DNA from: a bacterium
GTDB lineage: Bacteria; Zhuqueibacterota; Zhuqueibacteria; Residuimicrobiales; Krinioviventaceae
Assembly (NCBI GenBank): GCA_963693055.1
Contig: OY843751.1
Location: 3,872,001 to 3,936,000 of the forward strand
Direction: 5' to 3'
DNA: 64,000 nucleotides
Below are positions 40,285 through 49,508 of this stretch, piece after piece. The position numbers and the translations under genes were made by a program. The notes beneath the pieces were generated by a model. It ran no database searches, had not been told where the DNA came from, and was given only the letters and a program-made list of their open reading frames with translations. Numbering within the stretch: position 1 is the first letter of the stretch; the number at the start of each line of letters is the position of its first letter.

Positions 40285-42192
40285 TTATAATTTATTTTCA
40301 ATGTCCTGCAAAACAGTTTCAATAAACGCTTCCAATTTGACAGAACCCTGATCACCTTCTCTGCGTTTCCGAACAGAAACAGATCCGGACTCTATCTCTT
40401 TATCGCCCACAATGAGCATATAAGGGATCTTTTGTGTTTCACCTTCCCTTATCTTATAACCCACTTTTTCGCTGCGATCATCCAATTTTGAACGAATTCC
40501 AGCATCTACAAGCTTGTCATGGACTAATTTTGCATAATCAAACTGCTTGTCAGTAATAGGAATAACATGAACCTGCATAGGTGACATCCAAACCGGAAAA
40601 GCACCTGCATAATTTTCAATCATCACACCAAAAAAGCGCTCAAGAGAACCCAAAAGCGCGCGATGCAACATAATAGGCTGATGTTTATCACCATCCTGCC
40701 CTACATATGTAATATCAAAACGTTCAGGTTCATTAAAATCAACCTGAATAGTGGAACACTGCCAAGAGCGTCCCAACACATCTTTTATTTTAATATCTAT
40801 CTTGGGTCCGTAAAACACACCTTCACCCGGATCAACCTGATATTCTACGTTTGCTTTTTCAAGTCCCGCTTTTAAAGACTCGGTAGCACGGTCCCAGTTA
40901 TCCAGGGTACCTACATATTTTTCAGGACGGGTAGACAGGTAAATATCTACATCATCAAAACCAAAGGAACGCAGCATATACAAAGAGAAATCCAGTGTAC
41001 GTGCTACTTCAGATTCCAATTGATCAGGACGACAAATAATATGCGCATCATCTTGAGTAAAACCACGAACCCTCAACAGTCCATGCAATACTCCGGAGCG
41101 CTCATAACGATAAACCGTTCCCAATTCAGCCCAACGAATGGGCAAATCTCTATAACTTTTTGAACCGGCTTTGTAAATCTGCAAATGATATGGGCAATTC
41201 ATGGGCTTTACTAAATACTGCTGCTCATCTACATCCATACCGGTAAACATATTTTCACTGTAAAAATCAAGGTGACCGCTTTTATGCCAGAGATCATTTC
41301 TGGCGATATGCGGAGTCACTACAAACTCATAACCAGCCTTGATATGTTCTTTGCGCCAAAAATCTTCAATCTGATAACGAATAAAAGCACCTTTGGGATG
41401 CCAAAGCACGAGTCCGGGTCCAATTTCATCATTTATACTGTAAAGATCAAGCTCGCGACCCAACTTGCGATGATCACGCTTCTTGGCCTCTTCCATTCTG
41501 TAAACATAATCCTCAAGCTGCGATTTTTTAGGAAATGAAACACCATAAATACGCTGCAACATGGGATTTTTCTCATCACCCAACCAGTAAGCTCCTGCAA
41601 CACTGGTCAGTTTAAAATACTTTACCCAGCCGGTGGACGGCAAATGCGGACCACGACAAAGATCCGTAAACCCATCTTCACTGTAAATACTGGGTGGCTC
41701 ACCAAGTCGCTCTATCTGTTCAACCTTGAAGGTTTCATTCAAATCTTTGAACAACTTTAATGCATCATCAACCGACATTTCATTACGAACAAAGGGTTGA
41801 TTCTTTGCAACAATTGCCTGCATTTCTTTTTCAATGACTTCAAGATCATCAGGCGTAATAGGACGTTCAACATCCACATCATAGTAAAAGCCTTCGTCCA
41901 CAGGCGGGCCAAAGGCAAATTTAGCATTAGGAAAAATATTTTTAATAGCGTGCGCCATTACATGAGCACTGCTGTGCCAAAACACATCCATACCTTCGGG
42001 TGAATTGACATCAATAAACAGCAAATCTCCGTCACCGGCCAATGGACGTGACAAATCAACTAACGCGTCATTAAACCGTGCGGCAATAGTTTGCTTTTTT
42101 AGACGACCGCCGAGCTCATTCAAAATATCCTGAGCAGTAGTACCCTCGGCATATTCAGCAACGCGTCCGTCTGGAAATTTTATATTTGGCAC
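40285..42192 (-). CDS. thrS: Threonine--tRNA ligase
   Basis: HSSAH, DLCRGPH, RDHRKLG, KPMNCP, RVRGFTQDDAH and FYGPKID. Confidence 0.98.
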   Translation of the reverse strand: MPNIKFPDGRVAEYAEGTTAQDILNELGGRLKKQTIAARFNDALVDLSRPLAGDGDLLFIDVNSPEGMDVFWHSSAHVMAHAIKNIFPNAKFAFGPPVDEGFYYDVDVERPITPDDLEVIEKEMQAIVAKNQPFVRNEMSVDDALKLFKDLNETFKVEQIERLGEPPSIYSEDGFTDLCRGPHLPSTGWVKYFKLTSVAGAYWLGDEKNPMLQRIYGVSFPKKSQLEDYVYRMEEAKKRDHRKLGRELDLYSINDEIGPGLVLWHPKGAFIRYQIEDFWRKEHIKAGYEFVVTPHIARNDLWHKSGHLDFYSENMFTGMDVDEQQYLVKPMNCPYHLQIYKAGSKSYRDLPIRWAELGTVYRYERSGVLHGLLRVRGFTQDDAHIICRPDQLESEVARTLDFSLYMLRSFGFDDVDIYLSTRPEKYVGTLDNWDRATESLKAGLEKANVEYQVDPGEGVFYGPKIDIKIKDVLGRSWQCSTIQVDFNEPERFDITYVGQDGDKHQPIMLHRALLGSLERFFGVMIENYAGAFPVWMSPMQVHVIPITDKQFDYAKLVHDKLVDAGIRSKLDDRSEKVGYKIREGETQKIPYMLIVGDKEIESGSVSVRKRREGDQGSVKLEAFIETVLQDIENKL

Positions 42193-42227
42193 GTTTTACC
42201 TTCCGTTATCGGATTACACCTGTCTAT

Positions 42228-42258
42228 AAACAAGAAACCGCCTTGTATCGGGCGGCTT
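42228..42258 (-). terminator. Terminator-like hairpin between tRNA-Val and thrS
   Basis: Minus strand reads AAGCCGCC-loop-GGCGGTTTCTTGTTT. Confidence 0.5.
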
Positions 42259-42300
42259 AATCATCGTCAATGTTTTTCAGTTCGTCCTGCTCTTTTTGAG

Positions 42301-42374
42301 TGGGCGGTACTGGATTTGAACCAGTGACCCCTTGCATGTCAAGCAAGTACTCTAACCAACTGAGCTAACCGCCC
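42301..42374 (-). tRNA. tRNA-Val(GAC)
   Basis: Cloverleaf GGGCGGTTAGCTCAG...CTTGC-TTGACAT-GCAAG...GTTCAAATCC. Confidence 0.95.
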
Positions 42375-42410
42375 ATAATCTGTTTGAACTGGCAAATTTA
42401 GCATGGGCTA

Positions 42411-42440
42411 TAAAAAAAGCGCACCTATCAGCTACGCTTG
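42411..42440 (-). terminator. Rho-independent terminator after tRNA-Leu
   Basis: Minus strand reads AAGCGTA-loop-TGCGCTTTTTTT. Confidence 0.6.
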
Positions 42441-42460
42441 CACTTTTTCAAAATTTTAAG

Positions 42461-42547
42461 TGCCGAGGGCCGGAATCGAACCGGCACGGACTATAAAGTC
42501 CGAGGGATTTTAAGTCCCTTGCGTCTACCAAATTTCGCCACCCCGGC
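42461..42547 (-). tRNA. tRNA-Leu(TAA)
   Basis: GCCGGGGTGGCGAAA...AGGGA-CTTAAAA-TCCCT, a long variable arm, and GTTCGATTCC. Confidence 0.95.
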
Positions 42548-42552
42548 GGGTG

Positions 42553-42625
42553 AGGCGGCGATCGGATTCGAACCGATGAATAGAGATTTTGCAGACCTCC
42601 GCCTTAGCCACTTGGCCACGCCGCC
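42553..42625 (-). tRNA. tRNA-Cys(GCA)
   Basis: GGCGGCGTGGCCAAG...GAGGT-CTGCAAA-ATCTC...GTTCGAATCC. Confidence 0.95.
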
Positions 42626-42638
42626 ACGCACTAACAAG

Positions 42639-42710
42639 AGCGGGAGACGAGATTTGAACTCGCGACCCCAACCTTGGCAAGGTTGTGTTCTACCACTGAA
42701 CTACTCCCGC
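42639..42710 (-). tRNA. tRNA-Gly(GCC)
   Basis: GCGGGAGTAGTTCAG...CAACC-TTGCCAA-GGTTG...GTTCAAATC. The Gly-Cys-Leu order matches glyW-cysT-leuZ. Confidence 0.95.
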
Positions 42711-42723
42711 TTCAAAGTTTCAC

Positions 42724-42752
42724 AATATATACAATCTTTTAATTTTATGCAA
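42724..42752 (-). promoter_or_regulatory. Sigma70 promoter of the tRNA operon
   Basis: TTGCAT-N17-TATATT, 13 nt upstream of tRNA-Gly. Confidence 0.6.
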
Positions 42753-42903
42753 GAATTATTTTTAGTTTTTTCATTAACTGTTAAATTTTTTTTCATTTTC
42801 TCCGCAAGTAGACTTGAAAACCGCTATTATCTGGTATAAAGTTTTTGAATAATACCTTGAATAATAATTCAGGATTATTTACATTAAAAAAAAGAAAGCT
42901 TTT

Positions 42904-43098
42904 ATGAATAAAGTACAATTGGTCATAACCTGTGAAGACTGCGACGCAGTTGCACATTTCGCTGCTGTTAAAGAGTCAGAGATTGAAAAGTATATATTAG
43001 AATTTAAAAAAAAACACCAAACCTGCAACCCTAAATATACCAGCTATTTCACCATCTCTTCTATCGATTTCTCTCTTGAGGCCGAACAAACCAGTTGA
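42904..43098 (+). CDS. Small hypothetical protein, possible zinc-binding domain
   Basis: 64 aa with CEDC...HQTC, occupying an otherwise empty gap. Confidence 0.5.
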   Translation: MNKVQLVITCEDCDAVAHFAAVKESEIEKYILEFKKKHQTCNPKYTSYFTISSIDFSLEAEQTS

Positions 43099-43208
43099 AT
43101 GCATTGAGCTTTTTTTATATATTTCCCCATATACTCTTTTACTTTCATTCACCACACTTATTGTCATTATTATACCATTTTTAATCTTTCGTATTGCCAG
43201 GAGTAGTC

Positions 43209-44240
43209 ATGAAAGCACTGGTATTAAATGAATATAACAAGCTGATTTTTACAGATTTCCCCACACCTGAACCTGAACCCAACGAAGTACGGGTACGCAT
43301 TAAATCCTGTGGTATATGCGGTAGTGATGTGCATGGCATGGATGGCAGCACAGGCAGACGCATTCCCCCTCTGATCATGGGGCATGAAGCTTCGGGAGTA
43401 ATAGAAAAATTAGGGGCCAATGTTCAAAACTGGTCCATTGGAGACCGTGTTACCTTTGATTCCACAATTTACAATCTGGACGATTGGTACACCCGCAAAG
43501 GATTGTACAACCTGAGCGATAACCGCAAGGTGCTTGGCGTTTCTCCCAGTGACTATATTCGTCATGGTTGTTTTGCCGAGTATGCGGTCATTCCTCAGCA
43601 TATTCTCTACAAAATCCCTGCCAATGTCACATTTGATCAGGCTGCAATGGTTGAACCGGTTGCGGTTGCGGCCCACGCTGTTAACATAACACCTATACAG
43701 TGGAACAATTCCGCTGTGGTTGTGGGTACAGGCATGATTGGTTTGTGTATTGTTCAGGTATTACGAGCCAATGGCGCAGGACTAGTAATAGCCATAGACA
43801 AAGATGAGGGCCGTCTTGAACTGGCAAAAAAACTGGGTGCGGATATTATCCTGAATGCTGACAACGAAAATATTGCTAAAATCATCAAATCCCATACAGA
43901 AAACCGGGGTGCTGACATTGCTTTTGAAGCGGTAGGTGTTGAATCTTCTATTCATACGGCTATATCCGGATTGCGACGTGGCGGCTGCCTCACACTGGTA
44001 GGCAATCTTGCACCAGAGGTCAACATTCCTTTGCAGTCCATTGTTACCCAGCAGCTTCGCTTGCAGGGAAGCTGTGCGATTTGCGGTGAATACCCCTCCG
44101 TACTGGACATGATTGAGCGTGGTAAAATTAATGTGGATATATTGCAAAGCGCTTCCGCTCCGCTTTCTGAAGGTGCGAGCTGGTTCAAACGTTTATATAA
44201 CAGGGAAAAAGGATTAATGAAAGTGGTTTTGAATCCCTGA
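43209..44240 (+). CDS. Zn-dependent sugar-alcohol dehydrogenase (GatD/sorbitol DH-like)
   Basis: CGICGSDVH, MGHEASG and VVGTGMIG motifs. Confidence 0.88.
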   Translation: MKALVLNEYNKLIFTDFPTPEPEPNEVRVRIKSCGICGSDVHGMDGSTGRRIPPLIMGHEASGVIEKLGANVQNWSIGDRVTFDSTIYNLDDWYTRKGLYNLSDNRKVLGVSPSDYIRHGCFAEYAVIPQHILYKIPANVTFDQAAMVEPVAVAAHAVNITPIQWNNSAVVVGTGMIGLCIVQVLRANGAGLVIAIDKDEGRLELAKKLGADIILNADNENIAKIIKSHTENRGADIAFEAVGVESSIHTAISGLRRGGCLTLVGNLAPEVNIPLQSIVTQQLRLQGSCAICGEYPSVLDMIERGKINVDILQSASAPLSEGASWFKRLYNREKGLMKVVLNP

Positions 44241-44253
44241 TTGAGGTAGTAAA

Positions 44254-45366
44254 ATGACAAAACTGAAAACTGCCATTATAGGCGCCGGTAAAGTGGGACA
44301 CACGCACGCACAGGCCCTACTTGAGCTGGAACAGTCGGAATTGACTGCGGTTTGCAGCCGCACACCCGAAAAAGCAAAAGCCTTTGCGGAACGATACGGC
44401 ATTCAGGCATTCACAGATGTATCAGAGATGGTCAGCAAGTGCGGTATTGACATGGTAACAAACTGTACACCACATCCTGTGCATGCAGCAACCTCTATCG
44501 ATGCCATGCAAGCAGGCGCACATGTCATTGTGGAAAAGCCGCTTGCCTCCTCCCTTGCGGATTGCGACGCCATGATTAAAGTATCAGCAGAGACGGGTAA
44601 AAAGCTGGCAATGATCAGTCAGAGAAGATTGTATGCGCCGGTAAAACGTATCAAACAGGCCATAGTTGAGGGAAAAATCGGAACTCCGGCTCTGGGCACG
44701 GTCAACATGTTTGGCTGGCGCGATAAAAACTATTATGAGAGCGATCCCTGGCGCGGCACCTGGCAGCATGAGGGCGGCGGTGTACTGGTAAACCAGGCCC
44801 CGCATCAACTCGATATATTACAATGGTATATGGGCCCCATAGATTCACTGTTTGGCTATTGGGATAACCTGAACCATCCCTATATAGAGGTTGAAGATAC
44901 CGCGGTGTGCGTAATCCGATTTAAAAACGGTGCGCTGGGCAATATTTTGGTGAGCAACTCTCAGAATCCTGCGCTTTATGGCAAAGTCGCAGTATATGGC
45001 AGCAATGGTGCATCTGTGGGCGTTCAAACCGATGGCGGTGCCATGTTTATAGCCGGAGTGTCATCCATTACCGAACCTCCGGTGAACGATTTGTGGACTA
45101 TCCTTGGTGAGGAAAACATGCTGGAATTGTGGAAACAACAGGACTCGGATTTCTTTAACAGTATCGATGCCACACAATATTATCACAAACTGCAGCTTGA
45201 GGATTTTCTAAACGCAATTATAAACGACGCCTCTCCCCTGGTATCCGGTACAGAGGGCCGTAAAACCGTCGAGCTGTTCACTGCTATTTATCGTTCACAA
45301 CGGGACAACCAGCCGGTTAACTTTCCACTTACTCCTGATTCAGACCGGGATGATATAAATCCCTGA
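44254..45366 (+). CDS. Gfo/Idh/MocA family oxidoreductase
   Basis: IIGAGKVG, HVIVEKP and WRGTW..EGGGVLVNQAPHQLD. Confidence 0.9.
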   Translation: MTKLKTAIIGAGKVGHTHAQALLELEQSELTAVCSRTPEKAKAFAERYGIQAFTDVSEMVSKCGIDMVTNCTPHPVHAATSIDAMQAGAHVIVEKPLASSLADCDAMIKVSAETGKKLAMISQRRLYAPVKRIKQAIVEGKIGTPALGTVNMFGWRDKNYYESDPWRGTWQHEGGGVLVNQAPHQLDILQWYMGPIDSLFGYWDNLNHPYIEVEDTAVCVIRFKNGALGNILVSNSQNPALYGKVAVYGSNGASVGVQTDGGAMFIAGVSSITEPPVNDLWTILGEENMLELWKQQDSDFFNSIDATQYYHKLQLEDFLNAIINDASPLVSGTEGRKTVELFTAIYRSQRDNQPVNFPLTPDSDRDDINP

Positions 45367-45607
45367 TTCAAGGATTACAGGGCTTTATTGACACAATATT
45401 GCAAGCAAATGTTACAGAGGGGTGCGAAATTCTATCTTTCCCCACCCTTCACAAACCCAAATACCTGCTCGAGAGCGCAATGAAACAGACAAACGCTGTT
45501 TATCTTTAAATCAATAAATATTTAAATTCGCATCCGAATATAATCAATATCAAATGTGTTATTCTTTTCATGTTTTAGCAAAACTAACAATGAAAAAGGA
45601 TAACCAT

Positions 45608-46055
45608 ATGAATACATTTACAGTAAAATTGAATCGCGTTCTAAACGCCCCACCGGAAAGGGTATACAAGGCCTTTATCAATTCGGAAGCGATGGTGAAA
45701 TGGCTACCCCCGTTTGGGTTCACCGGCAAAATCATCCACAATGATACAAAACCGGGTGGTACGTACAAAATGTCATTCACCAATTTTACAACCGGTTCCA
45801 GCCATACGTTTGGCGGAAAATATGTAGAGCTGGTACCCAACGAGAAAATTGTTAATACAGATCTATTTGATGATCCCAATCTGCCTGGAGAAATGCGCTC
45901 CACAGTAACGTTGAAAAAAAGTATCTGTGGGTACCGAGTTAATAATAGTACAGGAAGGCATTCCGGCAGCCATCCCCGAGGACGGATGCTACCTGGGGTG
46001 GCAGCAATCCCTGACCATGCTTGCACAATTGGTTGAATCTGCCGTCCCGGATTAA
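45608..46055 (+). pseudogene. SRPBCC/AHSA1 family protein with a +1 frameshift in an A7 run
   Basis: RVLNAPPERVYKAF...KWLPP...VELVPNE. Removing one A at 45914-45920 gives VSVGTELIIVQEGIP..IP...CYLGWQQSL..LAQLVE, the family C-terminus. Confidence 0.85.
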
Positions 46056-46146
46056 TTTCACCTGAATACAATATTATTTAACTTGCACCCAAATATATGT
46101 TTGGATAAACAACGAGACTTTTTTCTATTGTTTATTTACATCTTTA

Positions 46147-46174
46147 TGTGTATATTCCACTAAAACCATACACA
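46147..46174. promoter_or_regulatory. Inverted repeat, candidate VapBC operator
   Basis: TGTGTAT-N14-ATACACA overlaps a TATATT -10 box just upstream of vapB. Confidence 0.45.
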
Positions 46175-46186
46175 CAAGGTGAAATT

Positions 46187-46381
46187 ATGAGAACCAATAT
46201 AATAATTGATGATGATCTCATGGATGAAGCCATGAACATCACTCAACTTAAAACCAAAAAGGCAACAGTTGAATCTGGGCTTCGCTTACTCATTCAGGTA
46301 AAAAAGCAGGAACAAATCAGGAAATTACGAGGCAAACTAGACTGGGATGATAATCTTGATAAAATGAGAACAAACCCATGA
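46187..46381 (+). CDS. vapB: VapB antitoxin
   Basis: MRTNIIIDDDLM..A.....KTKK..VE..LR...LRGKLDW. Confidence 0.88.
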   Translation: MRTNIIIDDDLMDEAMNITQLKTKKATVESGLRLLIQVKKQEQIRKLRGKLDWDDNLDKMRTNP

Positions 46382-46773
46382 TCCTTGTAGATACTTCTGT
46401 ATGGATCGATTATTTTAATGGAAAAAGCTCATGGCAAACAGATTTTCTGGATGGTATGCTGGTTAATTCACCTGTCATCATGGGTGATTTGATATTAATA
46501 GAAATATTACAAGGATTTCGTAAAGATAAAGACTATAACACAGCCAAGTCCTGTCTTAGTATTTTACCACTTTATCAAATGGGTGGATATAACCTGGCAA
46601 TATCAAGCTCTGAAAACTATAGAAAACTCCGCAAAAAAGGGATTACTGTCCGTAAAACCATGGATGTAATCATTGCAACCTTTTGTATTGAAAATAACAT
46701 TACTTTATTACATAACGATCACGATTTCGAACCGATGGTTAAACATTTAGGACTGGATGTCATTTCTAAATAA
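46378..46773 (+). CDS. vapC: VapC PIN-domain toxin
   Basis: MILVDTSVWIDYF, EILQG, RKKGITVRKTMD.IIA and LLHNDHDF. ATG overlaps the vapB stop. Confidence 0.92.
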   Translation: MILVDTSVWIDYFNGKSSWQTDFLDGMLVNSPVIMGDLILIEILQGFRKDKDYNTAKSCLSILPLYQMGGYNLAISSSENYRKLRKKGITVRKTMDVIIATFCIENNITLLHNDHDFEPMVKHLGLDVISK

Positions 46774-47108
46774 CTTTTATTCATAATAGATCACTACTTG
46801 CCACTAAACCCTTGAATCAAGGCGTAACAATCCGGACAAACATTTTTTCATCAGGTTTCCTGATAAAAAACCTCATCTCTAAACAACCTCCCCAATATCA
46901 TAAGAATTGATAACAACGCTTTGGGATCCAATCGAATCACGACTCAAATAAACCTGTTGCACAATTATCGTTTAATTCGTATTATAAGCCTTCTGAAACA
47001 TCCAATACAAGAGATAATTTTTAATGTTATTGCAATAAAATCATCCACTTTCCATTCGCAATGAATTCAAAAAAATATTATCAATACATGCAATACAAGG
47101 GAGTATAT

Positions 47109-49274
47109 ATGCGGCATATCGGGTACATATTTTTTCTAATCATGACATTTTTTTTTGTCAATTGTAACAGCTCCAACTATCAAAAATTTAGCAAGCCCAA
47201 AGACATAAATGCAATAACAAGTCGTGGAGACATAAACCGGACCGCGTTTAAAGACGCGGCAGAGATTCCCTTGTACCAGGGCAACGGCAGATTTGGATGT
47301 CTCTATGGACAACTGGGATTACATCATTCGCCGGAGAGTATTGGAAAATTTGGCAAGTATGGTGTAACCCAATTTATGCATTACGGTCATTTTTTTAGAG
47401 GTAAATACAATAACGATTATCTGCTCCCTCTTGCAAGGATTTACTGGGAGAATGAGCCGCAGGATATAACATCATATAATCAGCACCAATCTTTTTATGA
47501 CGGTACAATCACCACATCGTTTTCCTTTGGCGAAAATTCAATCAAAGTAACCACCTGGTTTGATCCGGTTGATCGCAATATTGCCGGATATACAATCGAT
47601 GTCAAAGGCAAAGCTCCCAACATAATAATGGCCCCACTAACAACAATTAAAGCGCATTACGGACAGACTGTAAATCAGCAATATTCCGGCGAGTTTTCAG
47701 AGAATACATGGAAAGGCACTGTCCAGGCAAATGAAACCACAACAGAATTCTTAGTCAAGACCGATTCTCAAATCGATAAAAATGACAAAGGACTTGCAAT
47801 TACCTTGCATGAAGGTGAGAACACAATCCTGGTGTCTGTTAATGGTAAAATTAACAAATCCGCAGACCAGTCCTTATCAGATACCCAATCCTGGTGGAAT
47901 GAAACATGGCAGAACCATGGTTGGGTAGATATTGACGATGATGCGGCCCAGAAAATCTGGGTCAGATCCATTGCGTATTTCCTCTCCAGCTTTAACGATG
48001 ATGGAATTGGGCTTGCACCCCCCTGCGGTTTGGCAGGTAATTTATGGCCCTTTGCTTTTCCACAGGACCTCTCTTATATTTTTCCGGTGTTTCTCTCTAC
48101 AGGTCATCTAGATATTGCAAAATCCATGATAGAATATTACGCAAATCGGATTGAAGGCAATAAAGCATACACCAAACGGTTATTTAAAACAGAAATCATA
48201 AACGGCAAAGTTTATCCGGCAAAGCCCAATAGCACAACATCAGTAGACGGTGTGTTTTGCCCCTGGGTGTATCCTTATGGTGATTTTAAAAACTTTCATT
48301 ATCCAACACCTCCCAATCGCTGCATGTACGAGATACACAATACCGGGTATTTATCGCGGATGGCTTTTGAGACATCTGTTGCTTTAAATGATCCCGTTTG
48401 GAGCAAAACCTATGCAGAGCCATTGATCAGTGAAACGGCTCTGTTTTATAAAAGCATCTGTATAAAAGAGGCGGACGGATACTGGCATATTTTCATTACA
48501 CCGGCAATGGGCCAGGACGAAATGGGCGGCATTAACCAAAAAGACTATTTGGATGCGCTTTACGGTGCGCAATATTGTTTTCAAAAAGCTGTGGAATGCG
48601 GTTTGGATCCTGATGGAGAGTATCAGCAGATTTTAAAAGATGGACTGGCTTTTCCTACCCTGGTCTCTCCCAAAGGTTATTATTTCACCTGTGAAGGACA
48701 AACCTTGAGCCAGTTTGGAACACAAAAACACCCGCCTCAGCTTAACGCATTGGCCTTTTTGCCGGTAGGCAAAGTGAATGATGTGGTTAAAACATCATAC
48801 AATTTGCGTTATGAATTGACGGATAAAGCCTCTACCCCGTTTTTCTGGGGTTGGACGTTGGGAGAATTTTTACTTGCAGGTTCACGTATGGGTGATGTTG
48901 AGGGCTGGAAAAAAGACTGGGACAATGCATTCAAAGCCGATTATATGGATCCCGACTATATCCAAATTTTTGAATCGAGTAAAAAGTGGTATGGCTCATT
49001 TTACATTACCACACATGGTTTGTTTGCGCAAACGTTGCTTGAGAATATTGTATCGACCTGGAATGATGACCTTGCTATAGGCCATTGTATGCCCTGGGAC
49101 AAGGTTCGATTTGGGCAAATCCATACCCAGTTGGGTGTGGATGTAAGCGGTAACATTGAAAACAACCACGCGGATTTGGTATTAAAAGCCTGGAAAGACA
49201 CGGAATTCCGCATGAACGGCAAGGAATACACGTTGAAAAAAGGTCAAACCCAGACAGTTAAAACGGATTTATAG
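47109..49274 (+). CDS. Putative glycoside hydrolase lipoprotein, GH65/GH95-like (alpha/alpha)6 fold
   Basis: Lipobox FVNC, PLYQGNGRFG at the N-terminus, WW.ETW, FPQD and GQDE. The family is uncertain. Confidence 0.55.
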   Translation: MRHIGYIFFLIMTFFFVNCNSSNYQKFSKPKDINAITSRGDINRTAFKDAAEIPLYQGNGRFGCLYGQLGLHHSPESIGKFGKYGVTQFMHYGHFFRGKYNNDYLLPLARIYWENEPQDITSYNQHQSFYDGTITTSFSFGENSIKVTTWFDPVDRNIAGYTIDVKGKAPNIIMAPLTTIKAHYGQTVNQQYSGEFSENTWKGTVQANETTTEFLVKTDSQIDKNDKGLAITLHEGENTILVSVNGKINKSADQSLSDTQSWWNETWQNHGWVDIDDDAAQKIWVRSIAYFLSSFNDDGIGLAPPCGLAGNLWPFAFPQDLSYIFPVFLSTGHLDIAKSMIEYYANRIEGNKAYTKRLFKTEIINGKVYPAKPNSTTSVDGVFCPWVYPYGDFKNFHYPTPPNRCMYEIHNTGYLSRMAFETSVALNDPVWSKTYAEPLISETALFYKSICIKEADGYWHIFITPAMGQDEMGGINQKDYLDALYGAQYCFQKAVECGLDPDGEYQQILKDGLAFPTLVSPKGYYFTCEGQTLSQFGTQKHPPQLNALAFLPVGKVNDVVKTSYNLRYELTDKASTPFFWGWTLGEFLLAGSRMGDVEGWKKDWDNAFKADYMDPDYIQIFESSKKWYGSFYITTHGLFAQTLLENIVSTWNDDLAIGHCMPWDKVRFGQIHTQLGVDVSGNIENNHADLVLKAWKDTEFRMNGKEYTLKKGQTQTVKTDL

Positions 49275-49282
49275 AATTTATG

Positions 49283-49326
49283 CGTGACGGAGACCGCTTT
49301 GCTAATCTCCGTCACGATCATTTTTT
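49283..49326 (+). terminator. Rho-independent terminator
   Basis: Perfect 11-bp stem CGTGACGGAGA/TCTCCGTCACG followed by a T-run. Confidence 0.7.
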
Positions 49327-49508
49327 GCTAGTTACAATTAGTGTCTGGCCGCACTTGCAGATTCGTCTTCAGTTCATTCAATCATGGCAATCCGGGGAAT
49401 CTTTTTAATCTGTAACGGTTAAAAAAACAGCTCTGCACTGAATATTCTTCAACGCTACAGTGTTATTTTATTGATGAATTACCCAACCTGTAGCAAGCGG
49501 GCAGTAAA

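Noticed and set aside
42193-42300. T-box riboswitch upstream of thrS
   Set aside because: The gap is only about 108 nt and has no T-box consensus; only a terminator-like hairpin is present.
42301-42710. tRNA cluster as a prophage/island attachment site
   Set aside because: No integrase and no duplicated tRNA 3' end were seen in the window.
42438-42839. 133-aa plus-strand ORF
   Set aside because: It is the antisense of three tRNA genes.
45568-46071. 167-aa minus-strand ORF
   Set aside because: It is the antisense of the frameshifted SRPBCC gene.
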